Below the pieces are notes generated by a model. That model was not told the DNA's origin. It made no database searches and worked only from the letters and a program-made list of their open reading frames with translations. From positions 1,600,001 to 1,664,000 of the forward strand of contig CBDBZU010000004.1 of NCBI GenBank assembly GCA_965213625.1: a DNA stretch of 64,000 bases. The letters run 5' to 3'. The position numbers were made by a program, and so were the translations under genes. Source of the DNA: a bacterium. GTDB taxonomy: Bacteria > UBA8248. Each line of letters opens with the position of its first letter. Position 1 is the stretch's first letter. This document shows, one piece after another, positions 63,374 to 64,000 of the stretch.

Positions 63374-64000
63374 ATGTCGAAAGAGGAATCCGCATCCTCC
63401 GAGGCCCGGGATATACACGAATTCTTCGCCGCGGACCCGGTGGCGGCGGATAGCGCCTTTTTCGGACGAGAAACCTGTTTCGATAGGCGTGGCTTTCTGC
63501 GGGGCGCCGGGCTTGCCGCCATGACGGCGATGGTTGGCGCGGCGATTCCGTTTCACCGGAACATGCCGGCGGGCCTCATCCCGGCGGCTTTCGCCAACGA
63601 GAAGGCGCTTGTCGGCAAAGATGGCCTGACGCTTCTGAACGAGCGACCGCTCAACGCCGAAACACCGCCCCATCTGCTCGACGACCCTGTCACCCCGACA
63701 TCCCGGCACTTCATTCGCAACAACGGCGTCCCGCCCGCTGAAGCGTCGGCGGCATCCTGGACTCTCACCGTCGATGGTCTCGTAGAACGCCCGATGACCT
63801 TGTCAATCGACGAGCTTCGCTCGAGGTTCGAAGTCGTCACGATGGCCCTCGTCATCGAATGTGGGGGCAACGGGCGGGCCTTTTTCAAGCCGCCGGTAAA
63901 AGGCTCCCAGTGGACGCACGGGGCGGTCGCCTGCTCAACCTGGACGGGGGTAAGGCTCAAGGACGTTCTGAGGGCGGCCGGCGTACGGCCCGATGTCGTC
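63374..64000 (+). CDS. Tat-exported sulfite oxidase-family molybdoenzyme (partial, runs off the window)
   Basis: Translated by hand: DRRGFL Tat motif, PLNAETP, FIRNNG, ECGGNGR, WTGVRLKD. Confidence 0.88.
   Translation, partial: MSKEESASSEARDIHEFFAADPVAADSAFFGRETCFDRRGFLRGAGLAAMTAMVGAAIPFHRNMPAGLIPAAFANEKALVGKDGLTLLNERPLNAETPPHLLDDPVTPTSRHFIRNNGVPPAEASAASWTLTVDGLVERPMTLSIDELRSRFEVVTMALVIECGGNGRAFFKPPVKGSQWTHGAVACSTWTGVRLKDVLRAAGVRPDVV

Overview
GC-rich bacterial chromosomal window, mostly metabolic and housekeeping genes: gltBD with a divergent LysR, tandem CocE/NonD hydrolases, a sugar-type ABC transporter, an adenylate cyclase, amtB, yajQ, LLM oxidoreductases, a diadenylate cyclase, an F420 biosynthesis cluster, aroE, an amidase, a CitE-like lyase and a partial sulfite oxidase. 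Among these lie four intact, co-oriented (+) Mu-like/siphovirus late-gene modules in phage order: lysis (13.2-14.4 kb), gp26/gp27 small terminase (15.4-16.3 kb), split large terminase plus portal (31.2-34.2 kb), and protease-capsid/neck/tail tube/chaperone (42.7-48.8 kb). They are separated by up to 15 kb of host genes, and no integrase, transposase, repressor or replication gene is present. Each module is preceded by the same promoter architecture: a tandem 10-bp GCATTTnCnn repeat with a TAnnnT -10 hexamer exactly 35 nt after the start of the second repeat. An orphan Xis/AlpA-like winged-helix gene at 9.7 kb is a candidate activator. Together this suggests a domesticated, genome-dispersed gene-transfer-agent-like system (inference). 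Also seen: two probable selenoprotein genes with SECIS-like hairpins, a candidate structured RNA, a probable CTG start for cofG, a HicBA-like pair and REP/MITE clusters. Family assignments come from motif recognition by eye; no database searches were run.
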